Positions 24,748-39,809 of a DNA stretch of 64,000 nt are shown in pieces (position 1 is the stretch's first letter; each line of letters opens with the position of its first letter). The notes under the pieces were generated by a model. That model ran no database searches. It saw only the letters and a list, made by a program, of their open reading frames with translations, and had not been told where the DNA came from. The position numbers and the translations under genes were made by a program. The DNA is from Eledone cirrhosa (taxonomy: Eukaryota): assembly GCA_964016885.1 (NCBI GenBank), contig OZ024741.1, positions 268,894,001 to 268,958,000 of the forward strand, read 5' to 3'.

Positions 24748-25714
24748 ATCATTATTAGTATTATTGTTGTTATAAAGAAATAATTATTATAGTCATTATT
24801 ATTATTAATTGACTCATGCCTTAATAGCCAAACTATAATGATTGAAAATATATATATGTGCTATTTAGATAGAGTCGATTATTTAGTATGAACTTACTTG
24901 ACTTTGGTATTTAATTAATATTCTGTTAATTAACCTAATTTACTTTTGTCTTTTCTTTATAATAACAATGGTTTTAAATTCCTTTCAAGATTGCCCTTCT
25001 CCCATTTCTTCTGTACAAGCAAGCAGTGTTAATTTATGTGATATGATATATATATATGACATGTTAAATTAAAATGTTTACTAGTAATGTACAATCACAC
25101 ACGTACACATGCACACATTGGTAGTTTAGTTCCAGGACATTTGGTTCGTAAGGTGAGAAAATCTGAAGAAATGAAATTACATAAAAATCCGTCTGCAACC
25201 TACTTGTAATATAGTTTTGATCTTAAGGGAAATATTTCCTTAAAATCACAGGACTTAGTTACAAAAATATATATATATCCACCTTATAGAATTAAATCAC
25301 TATATGCTGGACCTTTCCAGAAGTATAATCATATATGTACCTCTACCAACACTAACAATCGTTATCAAACATTAGGAAAAAAAAAGTCTTCTTTTGATAT
25401 GGATTTTAGTTTTGTTACACTTTGGTGTGAAACAAAATAATTTATTTGGTAGTTTTAGTTATATTCTACAATTTTAATAAAAAAACCTATCTGTCTAGAG
25501 GCGAGAGAACAATTTTGAACATGGTGTCACCAAACATTTAACATATTGTTTTTGATAGTATTTGTGACAAATTTTCAAAAGGGACTTTTCATGGTTCTCG
25601 GGATCAAATGTGGTTTAATTCTGGTTGCTTCCCCCCCCCGCCTCTCTCTTCTTAAATTTGAAAGAGCAGCTGCAAAGTTTTAAATGTTTATGGGATTCTA
25701 GATGTGCAAATAAT

Positions 25715-26051
25715 CAGGAAGATGGCGTTTTCTGTTCATGCGCATTTCATGAGTGTAAGTAGTAGTAATTTGAGCATGTATGCATGTGAAGAGACTTGCT
25801 TGGTATCTGACATGTGCAACTATGCAGTCACAGCACAGAGGTTTTTCAGCTAGAATGCTGTCCTGTGCATTTAATAAATGTAAATGTTCTGCGCATGTCT
25901 GTCGCTAGTGAGGACTATGGTGCAGTATGAGAATGCAAAAAGGAATAAAAAAGGTTCTTGATTTTAGAGGTCATTGGTCCTATAATGAGGAGAAAACCTG
26001 CTGACAGTAAAATCCCGCTGGACTGGGCAGGGTATAAAACTGCAGGTATGC
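25715..26051 (+). promoter_or_regulatory. Candidate promoter or non-coding first exon
   Basis: YY1-type AAGATGGCG at 25719, TGCGCAT (NRF1-like half site) at 25739 and 25890, and a donor-like CAG|GTATGC at 26045/26046, all in a repeat-poor zone. Confidence 0.4.
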
Positions 26052-26402
26052 TCTTTTAACTATTTACAAATATATATCTCTTGCTATATTTAGATGTGCA
26101 TTTCAAACTGTTCACAATTTAAATGTGCCTGTTTATTTAAATAGATTTTATTTTCTTTCTTTCCCCTTTACACATTAAAGTGGGTACTTCAGCTTTCTAT
26201 AGGTTTTCGAGAATCAGATAAAGTTGTTTTTCTTGCAGCATATTGTATAGTTAGATTTTCTAGTAAAAATTTGAATTGTTTTCTCTCAGTTTAAAATATA
26301 ACTGGCCTGTTGGTTTAGTTTGTCAGGTGTGCATGCTGTCTTGATTTTAAATAGAGCTCTCTGTCTGCTGCTATCTTTCTCTTTCCCCTGACCGCTCTTG
26401 TT

Positions 26403-26480
26403 GTTGTTACCACTGCTGCTGCTGCTGCTGCTGTTGTTGCAACTCTTACTAATTCTGTCATTGCTGTAGCTGCTGCTGCA
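26403..26480. repeat. (GTT)n/(CTG)n low-complexity tract
   Basis: Directly visible. A reverse YY1-type motif CGCCATCTT lies nearby at 26545. Confidence 0.8.
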
Positions 26481-27823
26481 TTGTTGTGCAGCCGTCTGTC
26501 TGTGTCTGTGCAGTTCGTAACCGATACCTCAGCTGCAGCTACGACGCCATCTTACATATCTGCTTCTTGCTTGAACAGTTTACTTTGGCAAACTCGACCG
26601 GTTGAAGTCCACTTCTCTCTTTACTCCTTTCCCCTCAAACTTGTGCTGGCTGTCCAACTTTTCCCATTCCTCACTGAGACTACGTCTACCAAAGCTATAT
26701 GCATCTAACAAACTAAACCACCAAAATTATATAATGTATGTAAGGGTGAGTTGGTAGTAGATAATACTTTCTAGGTTTCTTCTGTTTTTGTTTAGCGACT
26801 ATCAATACATGTCTATGGTATGTTGTAATAGGCTTTCTACTTGCCTGTATGTAGAGGCATATATATGTGTACATACACCCACACACCCATACACATGTAT
26901 ATATGCGTGTATGTTTTGTGGTGTGGTGTGATGTGTGTGTCTGTGCATATTTCTCTTTGTAGAGGTGTATAATAAACGTGTATGTATACATAGGAACATA
27001 TCTATTTATCTATGTGTTGTAAAACTGTTCCATGTCTTCAGTCTGGGCTGTCCCTCCCCCTCCCCCCCCCCCCAATAATCTCAACTTGTCGTCCATATAG
27101 TTTTCTATATTTCTACTGGAAGAAGGTTTCTTGACTTTCTATTAAAAAGTTACCACACTTCCTTTTACTCCTCAATAGTTTGCTGTACTTTTAATCACTA
27201 TTGTTTCTATTTATTGTAAACATTGTTACATTTTTACATTTTATCAAACATTTTCTTGTGGCCTTTAGTTGTTTTGTTCCCACACACTTATACATTTCTG
27301 TTTGATTGCCAATCTATTTAACTACCTCAACCAAATTATTATTTTTTATTACACCAGTCTAAGCTCTGTACCTTCTATCTTTAAACCATTAGTCTTTATA
27401 CCTTTTCTATAAAAAAAATAACCCCCCCCCCCCAAAAAAAAAGGGGGGTGGTGGTGGAGATTTTGTAATTCTTTCTTGCTTCAACTTACTTTGATTCTGG
27501 CCTGGTATTGTTGTTGTTTTGTTTGTAATGGAAGTCTTCGAGAAATGTTTTTGTTATGTCAAATAACAACATCCCAAAACTTCTTAGAGTTTTACACAAT
27601 TCAATTCATTTTTATTTTTTCATGATTTTGCTCTATCCTCCGAAATGTAAACCTATTCTTGTACTTGTGTTTAATATGACATGGCTGTGTCTCATCACAG
27701 CATGCTCATCCCCACCCCTATTCATCATTATAACTCCCCAAGAACTCCCACAAGTATTCAGAAACTAAACCAAAACAACATTGCTGTTCAGTTTGTGAAA
27801 ATGTATTGATGATAGGTGATACT

Positions 27824-27881
<58 letters not shown>

Positions 27882-28223
27882 AATACACACAAACACATAT
27901 GCGTGTGCGTGTGTGTATACATTATATATATAATATAGATATAAATATATGTATGTGTGTGTGAATATATATGTCTGTGCGGATGTATATATGTATATAT
28001 ATATGTGTATGTGTATGTGTGTATGTATATGTGTGTGTGTGTATATATATATATATATTTCTGTGTGCGTGTGTGTATATATATATATTTGTGTGTATGT
28101 ATATGTATATATATATAAATGTGTGTCTGTATGTATTTGTGTGTATGTATATGTATATATATATAAATGTGTGTATTTGTGTGTGTGTATGTATTTGTAT
28201 GTATGTATATATATATATATATA

Positions 28224-28256
<33 letters not shown>

Positions 28257-28276
28257 GTGTATATATACACACACAC
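27824..28276. repeat. Compound TA/TG microsatellite
   Basis: Directly visible. Confidence 0.95.
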
Positions 28277-28919
28277 GTCTTTATGTATACGAGTGTGTAT
28301 GTGCGCATGTATGTCAAATTTGTTTTACACTCTCCATATTGCCTTACTTGTTGTCTTTCTTAGATCCTCACCAACAACTCACTTTTCCCAACCATTATGA
28401 GATAGTGCTCATGTTCAAATTAACTGTCCGAAAGACTTTTCTATTGCTTGAATTCTTCTTTTTGTGGTACTAGCATTTATATGTTCTGAACATCCAATAT
28501 TCTTTACTGGTGGTTCCTTTAGTGTGGAAGTAAGTGGGGTTTTAAGTTTCTTTTTTTATGTATTTGATTATCTTGTGGTAAATTACATTTATTTTCAAAT
28601 ATTAACTCGGAATGGTTGAAACATTATTTTCATATAAAATTTGAATTTGATTTATTTAAAATTAATCTTCTCTCTTGTTTGAGCTGTTAGGAGTGATCTA
28701 GGGTTTATAATTATTCAATTCACAACCTTGACATATATTCAAAGTTTATAGCAATAATTTTCTTTTTCCATTTCTTTTCTTTTCATTTTCTTTTTGTAAA
28801 AGTTATACAATTATATTTTTAATGAATAAAAACATGCATCTCTGTGGAGACTGTTTCTAGTAAAGGTTCAGTGGTAGATGAAATCTATTAAGCTTACTGC
28901 TATATTCTTAAACATACAG

Positions 28920-29069
28920 GGTGCAGTGTGTGCAGTGTGCGCATGTCCCTTCTCGGCGGTGTAAGCTTTGTGAGAAATTCTAGGAAAATTTTGATGTGTA
29001 ACTTAAAGATCGTTAAATATATTGTAGATAATTGTTATAATTTATCAAGTCGAGCACTTTTCGGTAAGT
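28920..29069 (+). promoter_or_regulatory. Second candidate promoter or alternative 5' exon
   Basis: TGCGCATG at 28938, local CpGs, and a consensus donor TCG|GTAAGT at 29063/29064. Confidence 0.35.
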
Positions 29070-29624
29070 TATATTTTCCTATTTTAATTAAAAACTCTCT
29101 GTAGTTTACTTAACAAGTACAAAAGTCTCATTTTGATTTTCCTCACCTCATATCAATCTTCAATGGTTTTTCTTTTGTTAAACTATTTTCAGCCTGTTCT
29201 CTTTGTTTTCCCTGGGTCTGCACGAGGTTGTGTGCATTAGCAGACACTATGGAATCTATGTGCAACTGACTGCTTGGTCATGACAATTCATATCTACTGC
29301 ATGTGTAAAAGTGTGGGGGGCTACTTGCAACTGCACTCAACACATTTTGGCAACAGCTAACACCATATTTTGCAGCCGTCTTATTTACAGTCAGGCTATT
29401 TGTTGCATCAAGTTGTTACTCTAATTGTTTTTTCTTTTTAAATTAGAAACTGCTTTTATTGTGGTTTCTACCCAGTACAGTGTTGAGATGTGCAGTTGCG
29501 GTGGTGGTTGTGGTGGCCTTAAACAAAAATAAAATGCAGTTGTGGTTTTCGAATTCAAGTGATTTTATGATGTGATCTCTTTCTGGTTATTGACGGATTT
29601 ACTGAGGAGAAAATGTATATAAGA

Positions 29625-29669
<45 letters not shown>

Positions 29670-30922
29670 ATTAAAATCTCCTTTGAATTGGTGTTAGGAT
29701 GTAGTGACAAACTGATAATTTATGCAGATGTGTTGTTTTGTGTGAGACTTAAGGAGTTCATTTTTGTTAGTTTATATATCTGTTAATGTCAGCGTTACAA
29801 CAATCTCGCGATACCTAGTTCGCTTGATAATATTTCGGTTTCTGTCAAGTCTAAATCTTTATAGATATGTTTTTTAGTATTCGTATTCCTTTATAACTTA
29901 TCACTTGTGTCTTGAGAGAGAGAGATGACCATATCGAATGATAAGGACAATGTATATTGCAGTAAAAATCACAGTATTGTTATTAAACTTTCGAAACAAC
30001 TGACCAGAGAGATCTCGGGTAAAATTTCACATTAACCAACTTTTTTCTACCGATTTATAAAAAAAGGATTTAATTTTTGTATGTTTCTCCTCATAAATAG
30101 AACTGCGCAGTTTTTTAAAGCCGTTATTTGGTGGGCCAATGAAAGTCTTTCTACCCAAGATGCCATCTTTTCAAATGTCTGGTGCTTATTCAATAGTCTT
30201 TCTTCTTTAGCAGTTTCCTATCATGGAAATAATTGGTAGAGTTGAAAAAAATTTTCAGTTTCAAATTTAGTTTATTTCATTTCCAAAGTTCTCGAAGGTC
30301 AAAATATCCTCTGCTTAAAATCTTCACTATTTTAAAACTAAAAAAGCTTTTGTTTTAATTTTACTGACTCACCGTGTGCCATTGTTCGCTGAATATTACT
30401 GATGTCTGTCGTGAAGTTAACCCTTACGTAGTGAAGTCATGCTAAAATAAGCACCATTACCCTTACCACAAGCATTTCATATATCTTTACCAAAAGCAAT
30501 TTTGAGATCAACTTTTGTGAGAGTCTAATCAGTTCAAGACCAAAATCTGTGTGTATTTGTTAAAAAATGGTGTAGCTCAAATAACATTGGTTGGTTAAAG
30601 TATATAAGTCGAAAACATTTTGTGACTTCATATTTCTTTTCAACAGACAGAAATGTCTAATGGGATTACTTTAGTTTAGCTGAGAAACAATTTTCTTTTT
30701 CTAATAAAAATAATATTTATAATGACAATCCTTGTCTTCTAGCATTTACAAGTATTTTCTCTCATTACATAATATATCCATTTGTCTCGCATTTATCCTT
30801 TTTCTCCTCTGTCAAATTGTGTCTCCATTAATTGTTAATAGAAATAAACCTATAAATAATGAATTTTAATCAGGTTTTACTCTAGGTGGAACATCTTAAC
30901 AGATTTGAAAAAAGTTGAAATC

Positions 30923-31307
30923 TTAACCCTTTAATGATCAAACCGGCCAGAATTCTCTGTTGAAACTGGCTGTAACTGGCCACTCATACTGATGTTAAGG
31001 TATTGTTCTCAAAATAAACACTTTCAAAATCTCATAGATTCGATATTATGTGAGATAATTATGCGAGGTAAAGCCTTTACCATGAAAATATAATTGTTTC
31101 TACTTTAGGTACAGCAATTACCCAGTGCATTACTGGTACTTTATTTTATCGACCCCATAAGGATGAAAGGCAAAGTCAACCTCGGCGGAATTTGAACTCA
31201 GATCGTAAAGGGACGTAACTATGCTGGAAAGCATGGCATCCGACTCTCTACCGATACTGCCAATCCACAATAGTATATATAGAGAAATGTGAATGCTAAA
31301 GGGTTAA
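30923..31307. mobile_element. TTAA (piggyBac-like) MITE with a SINE S1 inserted at 31092-31263 (-)
   Basis: ttaaCCCTTTA..TAAAGGGttaa ends. The body matches 45910-46125 once the SINE is removed. Confidence 0.85.
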
Positions 31308-31751
31308 ACTTTTTTTTGAACAATTATTTTATCTAGATTTAAAACAAAACAAAACATTTTGCGAAATAACAATATATATATATATATGTGTTACTACTTC
31401 TATATATATATATTTTTTTTCCTATATGGCTGTGAGGTTAAGAAGTTTGCTTTGCAGCCACATAGCTTCAGGTTTATTCCAACTGCGTGTTGACTTGTGA
31501 ATGAATTTGGTAGACAGAAACTGTACAGAAGGCTATCATACACACACACACACAAGGAAGGGGTTTTAGCCTCCTCCAATTCTTGACCAAATCATACCAG
31601 CATGGAAAAACAAATATAAAATCAACAATGATTATTATTGTTATTATTGGTGATTATGAAGATATTTTAGCATATTACCAGCATTAAGGACACATTAGAT
31701 AATTTGCATTTTCCATAGATTTCTGTATGAGAAATATTATTTTCCTGTTTT

Positions 31752-32097
31752 GGAGGCACATGGCTTAGTGGTTAGAGCATTGGACTTGTAATCGAAAGGT
31801 TGTGAGTTCAATTCTCAGACCGGGTGATGTGTTGTTTCCTTGAGCAAGACACTTTATTTCACATTACCCCAGTTTACTCAGCTGTAGAAATGAGATGATA
31901 GGGACTGGGGTCCCTATCATTCCACTGCAAAGTGGACGTGGGGGTGCCACGGCAAAAAAGCACCCAGCACTCACTCTAAATGAGGTTGGTATTAGGAAGG
32001 GCATCCAGCTGTAGAAATCAAGCCAGAATCAGTTCCTGTCCCACCCTTGCAAGCAGGGAAAAAGCGGACGTAAAATGAAATGATGATGATGATGATG
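31752..32097 (+). mobile_element. Full-length SINE S2: tRNA head, CORE-like, Ceph-like, RTE family A tail
   Basis: A-box TGGCTTAGTGG at 31761 and B-box GAGTTCAATTC at 31804. Then 'ccttgagcaagacacttt', 'ttaggaagggcatccagctgtagaaa' and tail 'cccacccttgcaagcagggaaaaagcggacgtaaaatg..(gat)n'. Confidence 0.88.
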
Positions 32098-33254
32098 TTG
32101 TCTTCAATATATAAGAATACAGATGAGGTTTCTTGATTCTTCCTTCAGGTATACTTTAGTTTCACATTTATCCTAACTTCTTTTAGAAGATCTTTTAACT
32201 GATTTCTAATTTAAAATAATAGAAAAACAGAAACTATTTGCAAATCTGAAGTTGTACATGTTTAGTCACTTATAGTTGTTTGTGTCACCTTCTTATCTAA
32301 CTTTAACATATTTCTAATGAAATATTTTCAAATCATTTTGAAAACAATCAAGAATTTGAAAGGATTTAGTAATATGATTAAAAACAACTAACTTTCTCAT
32401 TATTAGACTGGTATTTGGAATATAGCTGAACAAAGGTTCTTTCATAACTTAATGATGGAACGATTTTAGATCAATATAAATACTTAAAAACAAAGTTTTG
32501 TATCATAGATTTGTATTATAGATTTCAGAGTTAATAAATTTTCACCCATTACTCACAGATGTAATTCTATTGGTTATGTCCTTTCATGTTCAGTTACCTA
32601 TGAATTTCCCAATTCTCTCACTTTCTCTCTCTTCATGTCACTGTTGGATCATCATCATCGCCATCATTTTATGCTCACTTGGCATGGGTTGCACTGGTTG
32701 GAAAAGCAAGTCTCACTTGTACATACCTGTTTTTGGCGTTGTTTCTATCTATGGCTGGATACCCTTTCCAACACAAACCACTTCGTAGAGTGTATTGTGA
32801 GTGTTTTTGTATGATACCAGCACCTGGAGAAGTTGTGTCTTTGACAATACTAAAGGGCCTTATCTACTCTAGTTCGTCTCTGATTTCATTTGATTGCCAA
32901 TCACTAGATCAATAGATTCTATTATCTTTCCATCTCCTTGCTAACTTTACTGGGCTCTCTTTAGTTTTCATTGAGTTCCCTTAATCCAGATTAGCTTGTT
33001 TTGTAATAGAGGTCCAAATAATTTGTGACATTGTTTCTAAAGAACACTCTGTTGCACAATATTACTGTTCTACTTTCTTGTTATCATTGTATGTAGGTAC
33101 CTCAATGTTTTGCTTTTCTTCATTGATCATAACCTATCAATCAATACTTTTGTATGTATGTAACTCTTGGGCATTTTTAAAATCAGGCAGAGTCCATCCT
33201 TTCTTCAGGTCTGAACACATCTGATTTCTTCTCAAGAAGGAGAGAGAGAGAGGA

Positions 33255-33422
33255 AGAAAGGATTGACTCCAATACTGGACTAGTACTTTTTATTTATTTT
33301 GCCTCAAAAGGATGGAAAGCAGAGTTGACCTCGGTGAGTTTTGAACTCAGAGCGTAGAGAAATGGAGCAAATACAGCAAAGCATTTTATCTGACGTTCTA
33401 ACATCTCCGCCAATTTGCCACC
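33255..33422 (-). mobile_element. Older S1-related SINE
   Basis: 'aaaggatggaaagcagagttgacctcggtgagttttgaactcagagcg'. Confidence 0.65.
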
Positions 33423-33719
33423 TTAACCAATATTTTATTTTTTGACACCAGTTGTGATTTTGACAGCTTCCCTATAACCATCTTATTACCATATTTGTAA
33501 TGAAAGACTGCCTATGGTTTTGAAACAATCAAGAACTTGGAGGGATTCAGTAATATAACTAGCTTTTTCAATATTTATGCTGGTGTTTGGAACATAACAA
33601 AGTTTCTTACATAAAATTACTATAGAAAGTTTTTAGATAAATTTAAACCCTTAAAAATATAAAGTTTTGCATGATAGAACCATGGATGGTTGGAAATGGT
33701 GTGGTATCAAAAGGGTTAA
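33423..33719. mobile_element. Old TTAA MITE
   Basis: ttaacc..ggtatcaaaagggttaa ends. The interior resembles 32300-32535. Confidence 0.5.
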
Positions 33720-36129
33720 ATTTGCTTGTGCCTTAGATTTTGGTTTGATGACCCAATATCATTATCCTGTCTTTACAACTGCTTTTCCATACATTGAAGT
33801 GGTCCTCACCAAAACATTCCTTTGTCATCTCCTTGGTGAGGTCAGGTTTTGCCCATGTCTTTCTTGATCTTTCTTCTATTCAGAACTCCTATCACTTCTT
33901 TACCTAACTCTCATCATCCATGCACATTACATGTCGGTGTCAGTGCAGTCTTTTCTCTTATGTCCAACATCTGATCATCAGGCTTGTTATATTATACTGG
34001 TCATTAAATTTGTCATCTAGAAAGCAAATGAATTGTCATTATCACCACCACCAACATCACCGCAACCATCGTTATCATCATTTTAGCATCCATTTGAGAA
34101 GACTGCAATGTAGAATCTCTCTATGTATCTTGATTATGTATCCTCTTAACAATGTGATCTAATGTTCTCAGAAGATCTTCTTAAGCTGTTCTTAGTCTAT
34201 GTCTACTATGGATATAGTATTTCTATGCCCAGTGTCTATCATCTGCTCAGTAATGGTTAGTAGTGGTAGAATTGACTCTATTGTATAGATCAAACAACGC
34301 TTTTGATGCCAAATTGCTTTTTCCTTTCACTAGTATTCATTCATTATGGCCTAGCACAACCAATATCCCCTCTCCACATCCTCTGACATACCCAGCCATC
34401 AAGTACCATTGTTGTTATATAGCTGGATTGATTCGTTGATTCAATATCTGTCCACTCTGCAAGTCAGTTTAAGTAGGAAAAATACAATATTGTGGAGTTA
34501 TATTTTGAAATTTTTCTTGTTTTCTAAAACCAAAATGTTTTTCTTTATATAATATGTAGTTCAGCTCTGTTCTTCATACCCTTGTCCTCCTTACAACCAT
34601 GCTCTCTTCAAAGCACAGCTCCTCTCACAGCAACAATATGATACCATAGAAAACCTGCCCAATAAAGGGTCAGAAGAAGTCTTCAAAGTCTTCAGCTGTA
34701 CTCTTTAGTGTTAGTTATTTACATGATAGATACACCCAATACACTTTGTTAAGAGGTTGGTGATAAGAAGGGCATCCAACCATAGAAAACTTGCCAAACA
34801 AAGAGTCAAGGGGTATTTTCAGCTAACCTCCATAATGTTGATGATTTACACAATAATCACACCCACTACATTCTGTAAAGTGGTTGGTAATAGGAAAGGC
34901 ATCAAGCCATAGAAAACCCAGCATAGAGTTCAGAATTTGAACTCAGAATGTAAAGATTCAGAACAGAAATCACAAAATATGTCATCTGACACTAACAATT
35001 CTGCCAATGCATTGTCCCCTTGACTGTTACCTTATTTATTACTCCTGAAAAGCTGTAAGGCAGAGTTGACTACAGTTAGATTTGAATTTAGATTGCAGAC
35101 AGCTGGAACAAAGCATTTAATTTGCCACCATTTACTTATCATATGGTGGGTGAAATACAACTTATATAAACTATGAAATTGGTTACATAAAAATACAATA
35201 GTAAATTGTCATAATTCTATGTCCAATTTCCCAATACATGGGTTGGATAGGTTGTCACAGTTTCGGCATTTTTTTAAAATTTGAAGTTATTGCCCTTTAG
35301 ATGGGTGAGAGATCACCCCTCACTCAGTTTCTATGGCTCAATACCCCACCAAATACCAACCTCTTTACAATGTGTACTGGGTATATTTTATCTTATCACA
35401 GGTGCTAGAGAAGTTGTCTGCTCCCTGGCAAGATTAGAGATTCTTCTCGTTAATCTACATAGTCTTTGTGCATTCAAGGCAACATGACAGAACCACAGTG
35501 AGGGGGTGATAGAATAAAAGAGGGGACTCTAGAGTGGTAGGAGTGGAAAGATATTAAAAGTGAAAGTAAGAGAGAGAGGGAGAGTATGTGAGAGGGGAAG
35601 ATGGAAATATATATAAAATAGAGATAGATAGATAAAGTATGTGTGTGAGAAGGGAAGAGGGAACGAAAGATTATATGTATATTTCTCCAAATAGCTGACT
35701 GAATATACACGTCAGAGAGCTAGATACATTCTGGTTGTTGGTAAGTATATTGAATTATAGAAAGTATGAGCATTGTAATAGCAGAGAGAGGGAGAGAAGG
35801 TGGGGGTTATGTATGTCATTAGTGAGTGACAAAGGAGAGAGTAATGCTAGAGAAAGATTGATGGATAGTAATAACAGTGGGAGCTAGAGAGGGAGAAGGA
35901 GTGAGAAGCTGCACAACTAAGTACTCAATGACCTCAGTTCTTTCTGGTTCATTACATTAAACATGGTTGATCTGCCTTACATATTGCTGTTTCTGTCATT
36001 TGTTTGTCTCTTTTCGTTAAAAAGGTCCGTTAGGTTATAAGAGCCTACGCAAACATCAAGGACCAGTTGGAGGGTTGTCTGGACTTTGCCAATGCTACAT
36101 ACTGTCTAATGTCTAAGTCTGTCTTGAGT

Positions 36130-36385
36130 CTGGAGGCTCATCAGGTTGGTGATTATCGCAGTAACTGAGTGAACAAGACTCACCCCCTGGACAGGATGCC
36201 AGTCCATTGCAGAGTTAAGTCCCCAGCTATTGCTGGTACTCATTTTCAACTGAGCATAGTGAGTATACTGGAGCAATGTGAAACAAAGTGTTTTGCTCAA
36301 AAACACAACACACAACCAGTCAAGGTATCAAACTCACATTATAATTGTAAATTCAACACACTTACCACTAGATCACACACCTCCA
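36130..36385 (-). mobile_element. Decayed tRNA-CORE-like SINE
   Basis: 'aaagtgttttgctcaaaaacacaacac' is the reverse complement of the CORE-like segment. Related remnants are at 50880-51190 and 57540-57615. Confidence 0.65.
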
Positions 36386-36804
36386 CATACTGTACCATAA
36401 CACAAACATGAGGGGCCTTCTTTTATGCCTCCATTCTTCATGACATGTATACCAGCTCTACTAACTATATCATACATCAGTATGTATACTTTAGAGTGTA
36501 TGTATGCACATACACACAACAGTGTATCTACCCTGCTTTCTACATAGAACAGTATATATACACTAGTGTATATATATGTATGTAAGAAAACACAAAAGTC
36601 AGGTGTCAACCACTTGTGCTAACTTTGATAGAGAAATGCTAATTTGACATTTTCCTCCCTACGTTTTTCTCAGTGATGACAAGATATTTAGTCATTAGAG
36701 CAGCAGCTATCTATAGCTAGCTACCTATGTATCTTTCTATCTTCGGACAATAAATACATTTGTCTATCTCATTATCTATCCATCCAGCATCTATCTATCA
36801 AACA

Positions 36805-37495
<691 letters not shown>

Positions 37496-37978
37496 TATCC
37501 ACTAAATAACAATGACTTTCTATCTATGTATGTATCTGTCTCTATCTATCTATTTGCCTACTACATGCCTCCTTATCTAGCTGTCGGTCTAGCCCTCTGT
37601 GTGTCTGTCAGTTGATAGTTGTCTATCTATGTTTATCAATGTATCTATCTTTGGAAAGAACAACAATAACAACAACAAAGCCCAAATCCCAATAGCAGTC
37701 TGAAGATAGATATATAGATAGATAGACAGAGAAAGTTACATAAGTCATCATGATTTAATGGATGCATATTTGATAATGATTAAAAGCAAATGTGGAAGAT
37801 CATTATTCTAATTGATTTAAATGAATTTAAATGAAACATGGGGATAGCTAGGGCCACAAGAGGGAGGTGATGAAGGAAATTCAAGGATTGAAATATTTTT
37901 GTATAGAATGTTGTGATCAATAAATTATTGAATATTTTTCATGACAAACCCAATCATTTTTGACAGGTACTGTGGTAG

Positions 37979-38059
<81 letters not shown>

Positions 38060-38171
38060 TGCACACCCCAATATATATATAGTTTTCGGATGTGTGAAAT
38101 GACATTTATATAAAACACAGGTGTAATGATGTATTTTCAACTGAAATATTTATTAGTCTCCAATAGGCAGT

Positions 38172-38716
38172 ATCTGTATTTGTGACTAACTATATCTGTG
38201 TGTCACTGTGACTCTATATGTGTCTCTGACTCTATCTGTTACTGTGACTATATCTGAGTGTTTGTGACTATACCTGAGTGCCTGTGATTGTATCTGTGTC
38301 ACTAACTATATCTCTGTCTGTGACTCTATCTGTGTCACTGATTGTATCTGTTACTGTGACTATGTCAGTGTCACTGTGATTGTATCTGTGTCACTAACTA
38401 TATCTGTGTGACTGTATCTAAGTGTCTGTGACTGTATCTGTGTCACTGTGACTCTAATTACATATGTGTCACTGTGACTAAATCTGTGTCACTAACTATA
38501 TCAGTGTCACTGTGACTATATCTGAGTGTCTGTGATTATATCTGTGTCACTGTGACTATATCTGAGTCTGTGACTATATATGTGTGTCACTATATCAGTG
38601 TCACTGTGACTATATCTATATCACTATGTCTATATCTCTGTTACTATATCTGTTACTGTGACTATATCTGTATATCTGGTTGTATGTGTCACTGTAAATG
38701 TATCTATGTGTCACTG
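38172..38716. repeat. Degenerate ~14-20-bp minisatellite (tgtgactatatctgtgtcac)
   Basis: Recurring tgtgact/atatctg/tgtcac units. The unit is partly self-complementary (gtgac/gtcac). Confidence 0.85.
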
Positions 38717-38964
38717 CATCAGTATCTATTTACCTTAAGATCAGACAGGATCTCATGCATCACACCATCTTTGATGATATTGAAGAGGTATTTTCCAGAG
38801 ATATCACTTTGTTATTATTCAGACAGTATTAAGCCATCTTCTTTGGCCTCTCTGTCAATATTGTTTCATATTGTTTTGACCCTGCTCAAGTGGCAGTCTT
38901 GTAATTATTACATCACATCTAATATTGGCCCTCATTTAACTGCAAAATTAAACAGCTATATCCT

Positions 38965-39144
38965 ACAGTCACAATACAAGAACTAACAATATGAAACTTA
39001 ACAGTCACAATACAAGAACTAACAATATGAAACTTAACAGTCACAATACAAGAACTAACAATATGAAACTTAACAGTCACAATACAAGAACTAACAATAT
39101 GAAACTTAACAGTCACAATACAAGAACTAACAATATGAAACTTA
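38965..39144. repeat. Perfect 36-bp x5 tandem repeat
   Basis: acagtcacaatacaagaactaacaatatgaaactta at 38965, 39001, 39037, 39073 and 39109. Confidence 0.97.
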
Positions 39145-39809
39145 AACCTGAAACAAATATACTCTATATATTCATGGAGATAAGTCACAGCGGTAGATAA
39201 GTTGCACCCACTTTTGTATTTATAATTTTTTCTCTTCAGAAAAAGCAACTTTCGGTAGATAAGTTACATATTGTTTTAGTAGAGAGTTGCTCAGTTCTTT
39301 GAGGACATTTGCATGAATTTAGTAAAAGACACATAAGTAATGAGAGAAGAGCAGGAACAGCAATGTACAATGAGTCCTGCTTGCTTTCCTCCCGTTACAT
39401 TCTCAGTTAATGGTATCCTCACCTGAAGTTCTGGTATTATAGTAAATGGGAATATCTATACATCCAATACATTTCGTTGTTAAATAAAAAATAAAAAAAA
39501 AAGACAGCCTTTTGTTGGTTGGCTTCGTAAATTTTGAATTTCATATTAGTTCTATGAAATTATTCAGATAATGTAGACTACATACATAGATGTGTGTGTC
39601 TGTGTATGAAGACACACTCACACACACACATACGATTGTGTGGCTAATGAGTTTGCTTTGCAACCACAGGATTTTACCTGTGTAGCACCTTGAGTTGATC
39701 AATGCTTTCTGGGTGGAATTTGGTAGATGAAAACTGCAGTGCATGTGTATATCTATCTATCCTCTCTTTTTCATATATATATATATATGTGTGTGTATAT
39801 ATATATATA

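Noticed and set aside
31752-31825. tRNA gene
   Set aside because: It has A/B boxes but continues into a SINE body and tail, and I see no complete cloverleaf.
38965-39144. 36-bp repeats as a CRISPR array
   Set aside because: The units are contiguous with no spacers, there are no cas genes and the context is eukaryotic.
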